A stretch of DNA of 64,000 nt from Eledone cirrhosa (GCA_964016885.1 OZ024741.1:362266001-362330000); one strand, 5' to 3'; shown: positions 24,201 through 41,301, numbered from the stretch's first letter. Notes: generated from the sequence alone by a model not told the origin. Numbers and translations: made by a program.

Positions 24201-27200
24201 ACGCAAAACTTCTAGTACCTATTTAAACTCTTAACCTGTGCTCCATCCCATCTTCTACCCCCTACCCATACATCATGCTGGTTCCTGCCCCCCCCCCCCC
24301 CATCCCTCTCTATACATATAAGATAAACCCTACCAAAATTAATCACAATCGCCAACTCGCTATTTCTGGGATGGCTGTTCTTGCGGTATAAAATAACGTT
24401 CAAATATTTTTCTCGATTCTTCTCTCCATTCGAATCCATTCATTCAATCACTATTCTATGTCATAATTTCACACTATATCATATTTTCACCATTCTATAT
24501 CATATTTTTTCTCTAAAAATCATATTTTCCCTATCACCGCATTTTCTCTATCGTATTTTCTTAAACAAAACAAATCTTGTATTTTCGTTTATTGTTAAAT
24601 TATGCCCAAAATACGGCGATCTTATCTTAAACCTTACATTCTCGCTTAATTCTGTCATATTTTCATATTCTGTCGTATTTTCATAACAAAAACAAATCAC
24701 TATTATATATTCCTTTAAATATATTTTGTTAAACTTGCTAAGTTCTACGCAAAACTTCTAGTACCTATTTAAACTCTTAACCTGTGCTCCATCCCATCTT
24801 CTACCCCCTACCCATACATCATGCTGGTTCCTGCCCCCCCCCCCCCCCATCCCTCTCTATACATATAAGATAAACCCTACCAAAATTAATCACAATCGCC
24901 AACTCGCTATTTCTGGGATGGCTGTTCTTGCGGTATAAAGTAACGTTCAAATATTTTTCTCGATTCTTCTCTCCATTCGAATCCATTCATTCAATCACTA
25001 TTCTATGTCCTAATTTCACACTATATCATATTTTCACCATTCTATATCATATTTTTTCTCTAAAAATCATATTTTCCCTATCACAGCACTTTCTCTATCG
25101 TATTTTCTTAAACAAGATAAATCTTGTATTTTCGTTTATTGTTAAATTATGCCCAAAATACGGCGATCTTATCTTAAACCTTACATTCTCGCTTAATTCT
25201 GTCATATTTTCATATTCTGTCGTATTTTCATAACAAAAACAAATCACTATTATATATTCCTTTAAATATATTTTGTTAAACTTGCTAAGTTCTACGCAAA
25301 ACTTCTAGTACCTATTTAAACTCTTAACCTCTGCTCATTCCCATCTTCTACCCCCTACCCATACATCATGCTGGTTCCTGCCCCCCCCCCATCCCTCTCT
25401 ATACATATAAGATAAACCCTACCAAAATTAATCACAATCGCCAACTCGCTATTTCTGGTTCAATCACTATTCTATGTCCTAATTTCACACTATATCATAT
25501 TTTCACCATTCTATATCATTTTTTTTTTCTAAAAATCATATTTTCCCTATCACCGCATTTTCTCTATCGTATTTTCTTAAACAAGATAAATCTTGTATTT
25601 TCGTTTATTGTTAAATTATGCCCAAAATACGGCGATCTTATCTTAAACCTTACATTCTCGCTTAATTCTGTCATATTTTCATATTCTGTCGTATTTTCAT
25701 AACAAAAACAAATCACTATTATATATTCCTTTAAATATATTTTGTTAAACTTGCTAAGTTCTACGCAAAACTTCTAGTACCTATTTAAACACTTAACCTC
25801 TGCTCCATCCCATCTTCTACCCCCTACCCATACATCATGCTGGTTACTGCCCCCCCCCCCCCATCCCTCTCTATACATATAAGATAAACCCTACCAAAAT
25901 TAATCACAATCGCCAACTCGCTATTTCTGGGATGGCTGTTCTTGCGGTATAAAGTAACGTTCAAATATTTTTCTCGATTCTTCTCTCCATTCGAATCCAT
26001 TCATTCAATCACTATTCTATGTCCTAATTTCACACTATATCATATTTTCACCATTCTATATCATATTTTTTCTCTAAAAATCATATTTTCCCTATCACCG
26101 CATTTTCTCTATCGTATTTTCTTAAACAAAACAAATCTTGTATTTTCGTTTATTGTTAAATTATGCCCAAAATACGGCGATCTTATCTTAAACCTTACAT
26201 TCTCGCTTAATTCTGTCATATTTTCATATTCTGTCGTATTTTCATAACAAAAACAAATCACTATTATATATTCCTTTAAATATATTTTGTTAAACTTGCT
26301 AAGTTCTACGCAAAACTTCTAGTACCTATTTAAACTCTTAACCTCTGCTCCATCCCATCTTCTACCCCCTACCCATACATCATGCTGGTTCCTGCCCCCC
26401 CCCCCCATCCCTCTCTATACATATAAGATAAACCCTACCAAAATTAATCACAATCGCCAACTCGCTATTTCTGGTTCAATCACTATTCTATGTCCTAATT
26501 TCACACTATATCATATTTTCACCATTCTATATCATATTTTTTCTCTAAAAATCATATTTTCCCTATCACCGCATTTTCTCTATCGTATTTTCTTAAACAA
26601 AACAAATCTTGTATTTTCGTTTATTGTTAAATTATGCCCAAAATACGGCGATCTTATCTTAAACCTTACATTCTCGCTTAATTCTGTCATATTTTCATAT
26701 TCTGTCGTATTTTCATAACAAAAACAAATCACTATTATATATTCCTTTAAATATATTTTGTTAAACTTGCTAAGTTCTACGCAAAACTTCTAGTACCTAT
26801 TTAAACTCTTAACCTGTGCTCCATCCCATCTTCTACCCCCTACCCATACATCATGCTGGTTCCTGCCCCCCCCCCCCCCATCCCTCTCTATACATATAAG
26901 ATAAACCCTACCAAAATTAATCACAATCGCCAACTCGCTATTTCTGGGATGGCTGTTCTTGCGGTATAAAGTAACGTTCAAATATTTTTCTCGATTCTTC
27001 TCTCCATTCGAATCCATTCATTCAATCACTATTCTATGTCCTAATTTCACACTATATCATATTTTCACCATTCTATATCATATTTTTTCTCTAAAAATCA
27101 TATTTTCCCTATCACAGCACTTTCTCTATCGTATTTTCTTAAACAAGATAAATCTTGTATTTTCGTTTATTGTTAAATTATGCCCAATATACGGCGATCT

Positions 27201-30200
27201 TATCTTAAACCTTACATTCTCGCTTAATTCTGTCATATTTTCATATTCTGTCGTATTTTCATAACAAAAACAAATCACTATTATATATTCCTTTAAATAT
27301 ATTTTGTTAAACTTGCTAAGTTCTACGCAAAACTTCTAGTACCTATTTAAACTCTTAACCTGTGCTCCATCCCATCTTCTACCCCCTACCCATACATCAT
27401 GCTGGTTCCTGCGCCCCCCCCCCCCCCCCATCCCTCTCTATACATATAAGATAAACCCTACCAAAATTAATCACAATCGCCAACTCGCTATTTCTGGGAT
27501 GGCTGTTCTTGCGGTATAAAGTAACGTTCAAATATTTTTCTCGATTCTTCTCTCCATTCGAATCCATTCATTCAATCACTATTCGATGTCCTAATTTCAC
27601 ACTATATCATATTTTCACCATTCTATATCATATTTTTTCTCTAAAAATCATATTTTCCCTATCACCGCATTTTCTCTATCGTATTTTCTTAAACAAAACA
27701 AATCTTGTATTTTCGTTTATTGTTAAATTATGCCCAAAATACGGCGATCTTATCTTAAACCTACATTCTCGCTTAATTCTGTCATATTTTCATATTCTGT
27801 CGTATTTTCATAACAAAAACAAATCACTATTATATATTCCTTTAAATATATTTTGTTAAACTTGCTAAGTTCTACGCAAAACTTCTAGTACCTATTTAAA
27901 CTCTTAACCTCTGCTCCATCCCATCTTCTACCCCTTACCCATACATCATGCTGGTTCCTGCCCCCCCCCCCATCCCTCTCTATACATATAAGATAAACCC
28001 TACCAAAATTAATCACAATCGCCAACTCGCTATTTCTGGTTCAATCACTATTCTATGTCCTAATTTCACACTATATCATATTTTCACCATTCTATATCAT
28101 ATTTTTCCTCTAAAAATCCTATTTTCCCTATCACCGCATTTTCTCTATCGTATTTTCTTAAACAAAACAAATCTTGTATTTTCGTTTATTGTTAAATTAT
28201 GCCCAAAATACGGCGATCTTATCTTAAACCTTACATTCTCGCTTAATTCTGTCATATTTTCATATTCTGTCGTATTTTCATAACAAAAACAAATCACTAT
28301 TATATATTCCTTTAAATATATTTTGTTAAACTTGCTAAGTTCTACGCAAAACTTCTAGTATCTATTTAAACTCTTAACCTCTGCTCCATCCCATCTTCTA
28401 CCCCCTACCCATACATCATGCTGGTTCCTGCCCCCCCCCCCATCCCTCTCTATACATATAAGATAAACCCTACCAAAATTAATCACAATCGCCAACTCGC
28501 TATTTCTGGTTCAATCACTATTCTATGTCCTAATTTCACACTATATCATATTTTCACCATTCTATATCATTTTTTTTTCTAAAAATCATATTTTCCCTAT
28601 CACCGCATTTTCTCTATCGTATTTTCTTAAACAAGACAAATCTTGTATTTTCGTTTATTGTTAAATTATGCCCAAAATACGGTGATCTTATCTTAAACCT
28701 TACATTCTCGCTTAATTCTGTCATATTTTCATATTCTGTCGTATTTTCATAACAAAAACAAATCACTATTATATATTCCTTTAAATATATTTTGTTAAAC
28801 TTGCTAAGTTCTACGCAAAACTTCTAGTACCTATTTAAACTCTTAACCTGTGCTCCATCCCATCTTCTACCCCCTACCCATACATCATGCTGGTTCCTGC
28901 CCCCCCCCCCCCCATCCCTCTCTATACATATAAGATAAACCCTACCAAAATTAATCACAATCGCCAACTCGCTATTTCTGGGATGGCTGTTCTTGCGGTA
29001 TAAAATAACGTTCAAATATTTTTCTCGATTCTTCTCTCCATTCGAATCCATTCATTCAATCACTATTCTATGTCATAATTTCACACTATATCATATTTTC
29101 ACCATTCTATATCATATTTTTTCTCTAAAAATCATATTTTCCCTATCACCGCATTTTCTCTATCGTATTTTCTTAAACAAAACAAATCTTGTATTTTCGT
29201 TTATTGTTAAATTATGCCCAAAATACGGCGATCTTATCTTAAACCTTACATTCTCGCTTAATTCTGTCATATTTTCATATTCTGTCGTATTTTCATAACA
29301 AAAACAAATCACTATTATATATTCCTTTAAATATATTTTGTTAAACTTGCTAAGTTCTACGCAAAACTTCTAGTACCTATTTAAACTCTTAACCTGTGCT
29401 CCATCCCATCTTCTACCCCCTACCCATACATCATGCTGGTTCCTGCCCCCCCCCCCCCATCCCTCTCTATACATATAAGATAAACCCTACCAAAATTAAT
29501 CACAATCGCCAACTCGCTATTTCTGGGATGGCTGTTCTTGCGGTATAAAGTAACGTTCAAATATTTTTCTCGATTCTTCTCTCCATTCGAATCCATTCAT
29601 TCAATCACTATTCTATGTCCTAATTTCACACTATATCATATTTTCACCATTCTATATCATATTTTTTCTCTAAAAATCATATTTTCCCTATCACAGCACT
29701 TTCTCTATCGTATTTTCTTAAACAAGATAAATCTTGTATTTTCGTTTATTGTTAAATTATGCCCAAAATACGGCGATCTTATCTTAAACCTTACATTCTC
29801 GCTTAATTCTGTCATATTTTCATATTCTGTCGTATTTTCATAACAAAAACAAATCACTATTATATATTCCTTTAAATATATTTTGTTAAACTTGCTAAGT
29901 TCTACGCAAAACTTCTAGTACCTATTTAAACTCTTAACCTCTGCTCATTCCCATCTTCTACCCCCTACCCATACATCATGCTGGTTCCTGCCCCCCCCCC
30001 CATCCCTCTCTATACATATAAGATAAACCCTACCAAAATTAATCACAATCGCCAACTCGCTATTTCTGGTTCAATCACTATTCTATGTCCTAATTTCACA
30101 CTATATCATATTTTCACCATTCTATATCATTTTTTTTTTCTAAAAATCATATTTTCCCTATCACCGCATTTTCTCTATCGTATTTTCTTAAACAAGATAA

Positions 30201-33200
30201 ATCTTGTATTTTCGTTTATTGTTAAATTATGCCCAAAATACGGCGATCTTATCTTAAACCTTACATTCTCGCTTAATTCTGTCATATTTTCATATTCTGT
30301 CGTATTTTCATAACAAAAACAAATCACTATTATATATTCCTTTAAATATATTTTGTTAAACTTGCTAAGTTCTACGCAAAACTTCTAGTACCTATTTAAA
30401 CACTTAACCTCTGCTCCATCCCATCTTCTACCCCCTACCCATACATCATGCTGGTTACTGCCCCCCCCCCCCCATCCCTCTCTATACATATAAGATAAAC
30501 CCTACCAAAATTAATCACAATCGCCAACTCGCTATTTCTGGGATGGCTGTTCTTGCGGTATAAAGTAACGTTCAAATATTTTTCTCGATTCTTCTCTCCA
30601 TTCGAATCCATTCATTCAATCACTATTCTATGTCCTAATTTCACACTATATCATATTTTCACCATTCTATATCATATTTTTTCTCTAAAAATCATATTTT
30701 CCCTATCACCGCATTTTCTCTATCGTATTTTCTTAAACAAAACAAATCTTGTATTTTCGTTTATTGTTAAATTATGCCCAAAATACGGCGATCTTATCTT
30801 AAACCTTACATTCTCGCTTAATTCTGTCATATTTTCATATTCTGTCGTATTTTCATAACAAAAACAAATCACTATTATATATTCCTTTAAATATATTTTG
30901 TTAAACTTGCTAAGTTCTACGCAAAACTTCTAGTACCTATTTAAACTCTTAACCTCTGCTCCATCCCATCTTCTACCCCCTACCCATACATCATGCTGGT
31001 TCCTGCCCCCCCCCCCCCCCATCCCTCTCTATACATATAAGATAAACCCTACCAAAATTAATCACAATCGCCAACTCGCTATTTCTGGTTCAATCACTAT
31101 TCTATGTCCTAATTTCACACTATATCATATTTTCACCATTCTATATCATATTTTTTCTCTAAAAATCATATTTTCCCTATCACCGCATTTTCTCTATCGT
31201 ATTTTCTTAAACAAAACAAATCTTGTATTTTCGTTTATTGTTAAATTATGCCCAAAATACGGCGATCTTATCTTAAACCTTACATTCTCGCTTAATTCTG
31301 TCATATTTTCATATTCTGTCGTATTTTCATAACAAAAACAAATCACTATTATATATTCCTTTAAATATATTTTGTTAAACTTGCTAAGTTCTACGCAAAA
31401 CTTCTAGTACCTATTTAAACTCTTAACCTGTGCTCCATCCCATCTTCTACCCCCTACCCATACATCATGCTGGTTCCTGCCCCCCCCCCCCCCCCATCCC
31501 TCTCTATACATATAAGATAAACCCTACCAAAATTAATCACAATCGCCAACTCGCTATTTCTGGGATGGCTGTTCTTGCGGTATAAAGTAACGTTCAAATA
31601 TTTTTCTCGATTCTTCTCTCCATTCGAATCCATTCATTCAATCACTATTCTATGTCCTAATTTCACACTATATCATATTTTCACCATTCTATATCATATT
31701 TTTTCTCTAAAAATCATATTTTCCCTATCACAGCACTTTCTCTATCGTATTTTCTTAAACAAGATAAATCTTGTATTTTCGTTTATTGTTAAATTATGCC
31801 CAATATACGGCGATCTTATCTTAAACCTTACATTCTCGCTTAATTCTGTCATATTTTCATATTCTGTCGTATTTTCATAACAAAAACAAATCACTATTAT
31901 ATATTCCTTTAAATATATTTTGTTAAACTTGCTAAGTTCTACGCAAAACTTCTAGTACCTATTTAAACTCTTAACCTGTGCTCCATCCCATCTTCTACCC
32001 CCTACCCATACATCATGCTGGTTCCTGCGCCCCCCCCCCCATCCCTCTCTATACATATAAGATAAACCCTACCAAAATTAATCACAATCGCCAACTCGCT
32101 ATTTCTGGGATGGCTGTTCTTGCGGTATAAAGTAACGTTCAAATATTTTTCTCGATTCTTCTCTCCATTCGAATCCATTCATTCAATCACTATTCGATGT
32201 CCTAATTTCACACTATATCATATTTTCACCATTCTATATCATATTTTTTCTCTAAAAATCATATTTTCCCTATCACCGCATTTTCTCTATCGTATTTTCT
32301 TAAACAAAACAAATCTTGTATTTTCGTTTATTGTTAAATTATGCCCAAAATACGGCGATCTTATCTTAAACCTTACATTCTCGCTTAATTCTGTCATATT
32401 TTCATATTCTGTCGTATTTTCATAACAAAAACAAATCACTATTATATATTCCTTTAAATATATTTTGTTAAACTTGCTAAGTTCTACGCAAAACTTCTAG
32501 TACCTATTTAAACTCTTAACCTCTGCTCCATCCCATCTTCTACCCCTTACCCATACATCATGCTGGTTCCTGCCCCCCCCCCCCCATCCCTCTCTATACA
32601 TATAAGATAAACCCTACCAAAATTAATCACAATCGCCAACTCGCTATTTCTGGTTCAATCACTATTCTATGTCCTAATTTCACACTATATCATATTTTCA
32701 CCATTCTATATCATATTTTTCCTCTAAAAATCCTATTTTCCCTATCACCGCATTTTCTCTATCGTATTTTCTTAAACAAAACAAATCTTGTATTTTCGTT
32801 TATTGTTAAATTATGCCCAAAATACGGCGATCTTATCTTAAACCTTACATTCTCGCTTAATTCTGTCATATTTTCATATTCTGTCGTATTTTCATAACAA
32901 AAACAAATCACTATTATATATTCCTTTAAATATATTTTGTTAAACTTGCTAAGTTCTACGCAAAACTTCTAGTATCTATTTAAACTCTTAACCTCTGCTC
33001 CATCCCATCTTCTACCCCCTACCCATACATCATGCTGGTTCCTGCCCCCCCCCCCCCCATCCCTCTCTATACATATAAGATAAACCCTACCAAAATTAAT
33101 CACAATCGCCAACTCGCTATTTCTGGGATGGCTGTTCTTGCGGTATAAAGTAACGTTCAAATATTTTTCTCGATTCTTCTCTCCATTCGAATCCATTCAT

Positions 33201-35482
33201 TCAATCACTATTCTATGTCCTAATTTCACACTATATCATATTTTCACCATTCTATATCATATTTTTTCTCTAAAAATCATATTTTCCCTATCACAGCACT
33301 TTCTCTATCGTATTTTCTTAAACAAGATAAATCTTGTATTTTCGTTTATTGTTAAATTATGCCCAAAATACGGCGATCTTATCTTAAACCTTACATTCTC
33401 GCTTAATTCTGTCATATTTTCATATTCTGTCGTATTTTCATAACAAAAACAAATCACTATTATATATTCCTTTAAATATATTTTGTTAAACTTGCTAAGT
33501 TCTACGCAAAACTTCTAGTACCTATTTAAACACTTAACCTCTGCTCCATCCCATCTTCTACCCCCTACCCATACATCATGCTGATTCCTGCCCCCCCCCC
33601 CCATCCCTCTCTATACATATAAGATAAACCCTACCAAAATTAATCACAATCGCCAACTCGCTATTTCTGGGATGGCTGTTCTTGCGGTATAAAGTAACGT
33701 TCAAATATTTTTCTCGATTCTTCTCTCCATTCGAATCCATTCATTCAATCACTATTCTATGTCATAATTTCACACTATATCATATTTTCACCATTCTATA
33801 TCATATTTTTTCTCTAAAAATCATATTTTCCCTATCACCGCATTTTCTCTATCGTATTTTCTTAAACAAAACAAATCTTGTATTTTCGTTTATTGTTAAA
33901 TTATGCCCAAAATACGGCGATCTTATCTTAAACCTTACATTCTCGCTTAATTCTGTCATATTTTCATATTCTGTCGTATTTTCATAACAAAAACAAATCA
34001 CTATTATATATTCCTTTCAATATATTTTGTTAAACTTGCTAAGTTCTACGCAAAACTTCTAGTACCTATTTAAACTCTTAACCTCTTCTCCATCCCATCT
34101 TCTACCCCCTACCCATACATCATGCTGGTTCCTGCCTCCCCCATCCCTCTCTATACATATAAGATAAACCCTACCAAAATTAATCACAATCGCCAACTCG
34201 CTATTTCTGGTCAATCACTATTCTATGTCCTAATTTCACACTATATCATATTTTCACCATTCTATATCATTTTTTTTCTCTAAAAATCATATTTTCCCTA
34301 TCACCGCATTTTCTCTATCGTATTTTCTTAAACAAGACAAATCTTGTATTTTCGTTTATTGTTAAATGATGCCCAAAATACGGCGATCTTATCTTAAACC
34401 TTACATTCTCGCTTAATTCTGTCATATTTTCATATTCTGTCGTATTTTCATAACAAAAACAAATCACTATTATATATTCCTTTAAATATATTTTGTTAAA
34501 CTTGCTAAGTTCTACGCAAAACTTCTAGTACCTATTTAAAGTCTTAACCTCTGCTCCATCCCATCTTCTACCCCCTACCCATACATCATGCTGGTTCCTG
34601 CGCCCCCCCCCCCCATCCCTCTCTATATATAAGATAAACCCTACCAAAATTAATCACAATCGCCAACTCGCTATTTCTGGGATGGCTGTTCTTGCGGTAT
34701 AAAGTAACGTTCAAATATTTTTCTCGATTCTTCTCTCCATTCGAATCCATTCATTCAATCACTATTCGATGTCCTAATTTCACACTATATCATATTTTCA
34801 CCATTCTATATCATATTTTTTCTCTAAAAATCATATTTTCCCTATCACCGCATTTTCTCTATCGTATTTTCTTAAACAAAACAAATCTTGTATTTTCGTT
34901 TATTGTTAAATTATGCCCAAAATACGGCGATCTTATCTTAAACCTTACATTCTCGCTTAATTCTGTCATATTTTCATATTCTGTCGTATTTTCATAACAA
35001 AAACAAATCACTATTATATATTCCTTTAAATATATTTTGTTAAACTTGCTAAGTTCTACGCAAAACTTCTAGTACCTATTTAAACTCTTAACCTCTGCTC
35101 CATCCCATCTTCTACCCCTTACCCATACATCATGCTGGTTCCTGCCCCCCCCCCCATCCTTCTCTATACATATAAGATAAACCCTACCAAAATTAATCAC
35201 AATCGCCAACTCGCTATTTCTGGTTCAATCACTATTCTATGTCCTAATTTCACACTATATCATATTTTCACCATTCTATATCATATTTTTTCTCTAAAAA
35301 TCATATTTTCCCTATCACCGCATTTTCTCTATCGTATTTTCTTAAACAAAACAAATCTTGTATTTTCGTTTATTGTTAAATTATGCCCAAAATACGGCGA
35401 TCTTATCTTAAACCTTACATTCTCGCTTAATTCTGTCATATTTTCATATTCTGTCGTATTTTCATAACAAAAACAAATCACT

Positions 35483-35667
35483 CGGTGGATTGGCAGTATC
35501 AGTAGAGGGTCGGACAATATGCTTTGTAGCACAGAGTTACGCCCCTTTCTGATCTGAGTTCAAATCCCGCCGAGGTTAACTTTGCCTTTCATCCTTACGG
35601 GGTCGATAAAATAAAGTACCAGTAATGTACTGGGTAATTGCTGGCCTTGTGCCAAAAGTAGAAACAA
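35483..35667 (+). mobile_element. SINE family A inserted in a satellite monomer (copy 1 of 4)
   Basis: CGGTGGATTGGCAGTATC...GAGTTCAAATCCC...GTAGAAACAA inserted at AAATCACT|ATTATAT. Confidence 0.93.
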
Positions 35668-38600
35668 CTATTATATATTCCTTTAAATATATTTTGTTAA
35701 ACTTGCTAAGTTCTACGCAAAACTTCTAGTACCTATTTAAACTCTTAACCTCTGCTCCATCCCATCTTCTACCCCCTACCCATACATCATGCTGGTTCCT
35801 GCCCCCCCCCCCCATCCCTCTCTATACATATAAGATAAACCCTACCAAAATTAATCACAATCGCCAACTCGCTATTTCTGGTTCAATCACTATTCTATGT
35901 CCTAATTTCACACTATATCATATTTTCACCATTCTATATCATTTTTTTTTCTAAAAATCATATTTTCCCTATCACCGCATTTTCTCTATCGTATTTTCTT
36001 AAACAAGATAAATCTTGTATTTTCGTTTATTGTTAAATTATGCCCAAAATACGGCGATCTTATCTTAAACCTTACATTCTCGCTTAATTCTGTCATATTT
36101 TCATATTCTGTCGTATTTTCATAACAAAAACAAATCACTATTATATATTCCTTTAAATATATTTTGTTAAACTTGCTAAGTTCTACGCAAAACTTCTAGT
36201 ACCTATTTAAACACTTAACCTCTGCTCCATCCCATCTTCTACCCCCTACCCATACATCATGCTGGTTACTGCCCCCCCCCCCCCATCCCTCTCTATACAT
36301 ATAAGATAAACCCTACCAAAATTAATCACAATCGCCAACTCGCTATTTCTGGGATGGCTGTTCTTGCGGTATAAAGTAACGTTCAAATATTTTTCTCGAT
36401 TCTTCTCTCCATTCGAATCCATTCATTCAATCACTATTCTATGTCCTAATTTCACACTATATCATATTTTCACCATTCTATATCATATTTTTTCTCTAAA
36501 AATCATATTTTCCCTATCACCGCATTTTCTCTATCGTATTTTCTTAAACAAAACAAATCTTGTATTTTCGTTTATTGTTAAATTATGCCCAAAATACGGC
36601 GATCTTATCTTAAACCTTACATTCTCGCTTAATTCTGTCATATTTTCATATTCTGTCGTATTTTCATAACAAAAACAAATCACTATTATATATTCCTTTA
36701 AATATATTTTGTTAAACTTGCTAAGTTCTACGCAAAACTTCTAGTACCTATTTAAACTCTTAACCTCTGCTCCATCCCATCTTCTACCCCCTACCCATAC
36801 ATCATGCTGGTTCCTGCCCCCCCCCCCATCCCTCTCTATACATATAAGATAAACCCTACCAAAATTAATCACAATCGCCAACTCGCTATTTCTGGTTCAA
36901 TCACTATTCTATGTCCTAATTTCACACTATATCATATTTTCACCATTCTATATCATATTTTTTCTCTAAAAATCATATTTTCCCTATCACCGCATTTTCT
37001 CTATCGTATTTTCTTAAACAAAACAAATCTTGTATTTTCGTTTATTGTTAAATTATGCCCAAAATACGGCGATCTTATCTTAAACCTTACATTCTCGCTT
37101 AATTCTGTCATATTTTCATATTCTGTCGTATTTTCATAACAAAAACAAATCACTATTATATATTCCTTTAAATATATTTTGTTAAACTTGCTAAGTTCTA
37201 CGCAAAACTTCTAGTACCTATTTAAACTCTTAACCTGTGCTCCATCCCATCTTCTACCCCCTACCCATACATCATGCTGGTTCCTGCCCCCCCCCCCCCC
37301 CATCCCTCTCTATACATATAAGATAAACCCTACCAAAATTAATCACAATCGCCAACTCGCTATTTCTGGGATGGCTGTTCTTGCGGTATAAAGTAACGTT
37401 CAAATATTTTTCTCGATTCTTCTCTCCATTCGAATCCATTCATTCAATCACTATTCTATGTCCTAATTTCACACTATATCATATTTTCACCATTCTATAT
37501 CATATTTTTTCTCTAAAAATCATATTTTCCCTATCACAGCACTTTCTCTATCGTATTTTCTTAAACAAGATAAATCTTGTATTTTCGTTTATTGTTAAAT
37601 TATGCCCAATATACGGCGATCTTATCTTAAACCTTACATTCTCGCTTAATTCTGTCATATTTTCATATTCTGTCGTATTTTCATAACAAAAACAAATCAC
37701 TATTATATATTCCTTTAAATATATTTTGTTAAACTTGCTAAGTTCTACGCAAAACTTCTAGTACCTATTTAAACTCTTAACCTGTGCTCCATCCCATCTT
37801 CTACCCCCTACCCATACATCATGCTGGTTCCTGCGCCCCCCCCCCCCCCCCCCATCCCTCTCTATACATATAAGATAAACCCTACCAAAATTAATCACAA
37901 TCGCCAACTCGCTATTTCTGGGATGGCTGTTCTTGCGGTATAAAGTAACGTTCAAATATTTTTCTCGATTCTTCTCTCCATTCGAATCCATTCATTCAAT
38001 CACTATTCGATGTCCTAATTTCACACTATATCATATTTTCACCATTCTATATCATATTTTTTCTCTAAAAATCATATTTTCCCTATCACCGCATTTTCTC
38101 TATCGTATTTTCTTAAACAAAACAAATCTTGTATTTTCGTTTATTGTTAAATTATGCCCAAAATACGGCGATCTTATCTTAAACCTTACATTCTCGCTTA
38201 ATTCTGTCATATTTTCATATTCTGTCGTATTTTCATAACAAAAACAAATCACTATTATATATTCCTTTAAATATATTTTGTTAAACTTGCTAAGTTCTAC
38301 GCAAAACTTCTAGTACCTATTTAAACTCTTAACCTCTGCTCCATCCCATCTTCTACCCCTTACCCATACATCATGCTGGTTCCTGCCCCCCCCCCCCATC
38401 CCTCTCTATACATATAAGATAAACCCTACCAAAATTAATCACAATCGCCAACTCGCTATTTCTGGTTCAATCACTATTCTATGTCCTAATTTCACACTAT
38501 ATCATATTTTCACCATTCTATATCATATTTTTCCTCTAAAAATCCTATTTTCCCTATCACCGCATTTTCTCTATCGTATTTTCTTAAACAAAACAAATCT

Positions 38601-41301
38601 TGTATTTTCGTTTATTGTTAAATTATGCCCAAAATACGGCGATCTTATCTTAAACCTTACATTCTCGCTTAATTCTGTCATATTTTCATATTCTGTCGTA
38701 TTTTCATAACAAAAACAAATCACTATTATATATTCCTTTAAATATATTTTGTTAAACTTGCTAAGTTCTACGCAAAACTTCTAGTATCTATTTAAACTCT
38801 TAACCTCTGCTCCATCCCATCTTCTACCCCCTACCCATACATCATGCTGGTTCCTGCCCCCCCCCCCCCCCCATCCCTCTCTATACATATAAGATAAACC
38901 CTACCAAAATTAATCACAATCGCCAACTCGCTATTTCTGGGATGGCTGTTCTTGCGGTATAAAGTAACGTTCAAATATTTTTCTCGATTCTTCTCTCCAT
39001 TCGAATCCATTCATTCAATCACTATTCTATGTCCTAATTTCACACTATATCATATTTTCACCATTCTATATCATATTTTTTCTCTAAAAATCATATTTTC
39101 CCTATCACAGCACTTTCTCTATCGTATTTTCTTAAACAAGATAAATCTTGTATTTTCGTTTATTGTTAAATTATGCCCAAAATACGGCGATCTTATCTTA
39201 AACCTTACATTCTCGCTTAATTCTGTCATATTTTCATATTCTGTCGTATTTTCATAACAAAAACAAATCACTATTATATATTCCTTTAAATATATTTTGT
39301 TAAACTTGCTAAGTTCTACGCAAAACTTCTAGTACCTATTTAAACACTTAACCTCTGCTCCATCCCATCTTCTACCCCCTACCCATACATCATGCTGATT
39401 CCTGCCCCCCCCCCCCCCCATCCCTCTCTATACATATAAGATAAACCCTACCAAAATTAATCACAATCGCCAACTCGCTATTTCTGGGATGGCTGTTCTT
39501 GCGGTATAAAGTAACGTTCAAATATTTTTCTCGATTCTTCTCTCCATTCGAATCCATTCATTCAATCACTATTCTATGTCATAATTTCACACTATATCAT
39601 ATTTTCACCATTCTATATCATATTTTTTCTCTAAAAATCATATTTTCCCTATCACCGCATTTTCTCTATCGTATTTTCTTAAACAAAACAAATCTTGTAT
39701 TTTCGTTTATTGTTAAATTATGCCCAAAATACGGCGATCTTATCTTAAACCTTACATTCTCGCTTAATTCTGTCATATTTTCATATTCTGTCGTATTTTC
39801 ATAACAAAAACAAATCACTATTATATATTCCTTTCAATATATTTTGTTAAACTTGCTAAGTTCTACGCAAAACTTCTAGTACCTATTTAAACTCTTAACC
39901 TCTTCTCCATCCCATCTTCTACCCCCTACCCATACATCATGCTGGTTCCTGCCTCCCCCATCCCTCTCTATACATATAAGATAAACCCTACCAAAATTAA
40001 TCACAATCGCCAACTCGCTATTTCTGGTCAATCACTATTCTATGTCCTAATTTCACACTATATCATATTTTCACCATTCTATATCATTTTTTTTCTCTAA
40101 AAATCATATTTTCCCTATCACCGCATTTTCTCTATCGTATTTTCTTAAACAAGACAAATCTTGTATTTTCGTTTATTGTTAAATGATGCCCAAAATACGG
40201 CGATCTTATCTTAAACCTTACATTCTCGCTTAATTCTGTCATATTTTCATATTCTGTCGTATTTTCATAACAAAAACAAATCACTATTATATATTCCTTT
40301 AAATATATTTTGTTAAACTTGCTAAGTTCTACGCAAAACTTCTAGTACCTATTTAAAGTCTTAACCTCTGCTCCATCCCATCTTCTACCCCCTACCCATA
40401 CATCATGCTGGTTCCTGCGCCCCCCCCCCCCATCCCTCTCTATACATATAAGATAAACCCTACCAAAATTAATCACAATCGCCAACTCGCTATTTCTGGG
40501 ATGGCTGTTCTTGCGGTATAAAGTAACGTTCAAATATTTTTCTCGATTCTTCTCTCCATTCGAATCCATTCATTCAATCACTATTCGATGTCCTAATTTC
40601 ACACTATATCATATTTTCACCATTCTATATCATATTTTTTCTCTAAAAATCATATTTTCCCTATCACCGCATTTTCTCTATCGTATTTTCTTAAACAAAA
40701 CAAATCTTGTATTTTCGTTTATTGTTAAATTATGCCCAAAATACGGCGATCTTATCTTAAACCTTACATTCTCGCTTAATTCTGTCATATTTTCATATTC
40801 TGTCGTATTTTCATAACAAAAACAAATCACTATTATATATTCCTTTAAATATATTTTGTTAAACTTGCTAAGTTCTACGCAAAACTTCTAGTACCTATTT
40901 AAACTCTTAACCTCTGCTCCATCCCATCTTCTACCCCTTACCCATACATCATGCTGGTTCCTGCCCCCCCCCCCATCCTTCTCTATACATATAAGATAAA
41001 CCCTACCAAAATTAATCACAATCGCCAACTCGCTATTTCTGGTTCAATCACTATTCTATGTCCTAATTTCACACTATATCATATTTTCACCATTCTATAT
41101 CATATTTTTTCTCTAAAAATCATATTTTCCCTATCACCGCATTTTCTCTATCGTATTTTCTTAAACAAAACAAATCTTGTATTTTCGTTTATTGTTAAAT
41201 TATGCCCAAAATACGGCGATCTTATCTTAAACCTTACATTCTCGCTTAATTCTGTCATATTTTCATATTCTGTCGTATTTTCATAACAAAAACAAATCAC
41301 T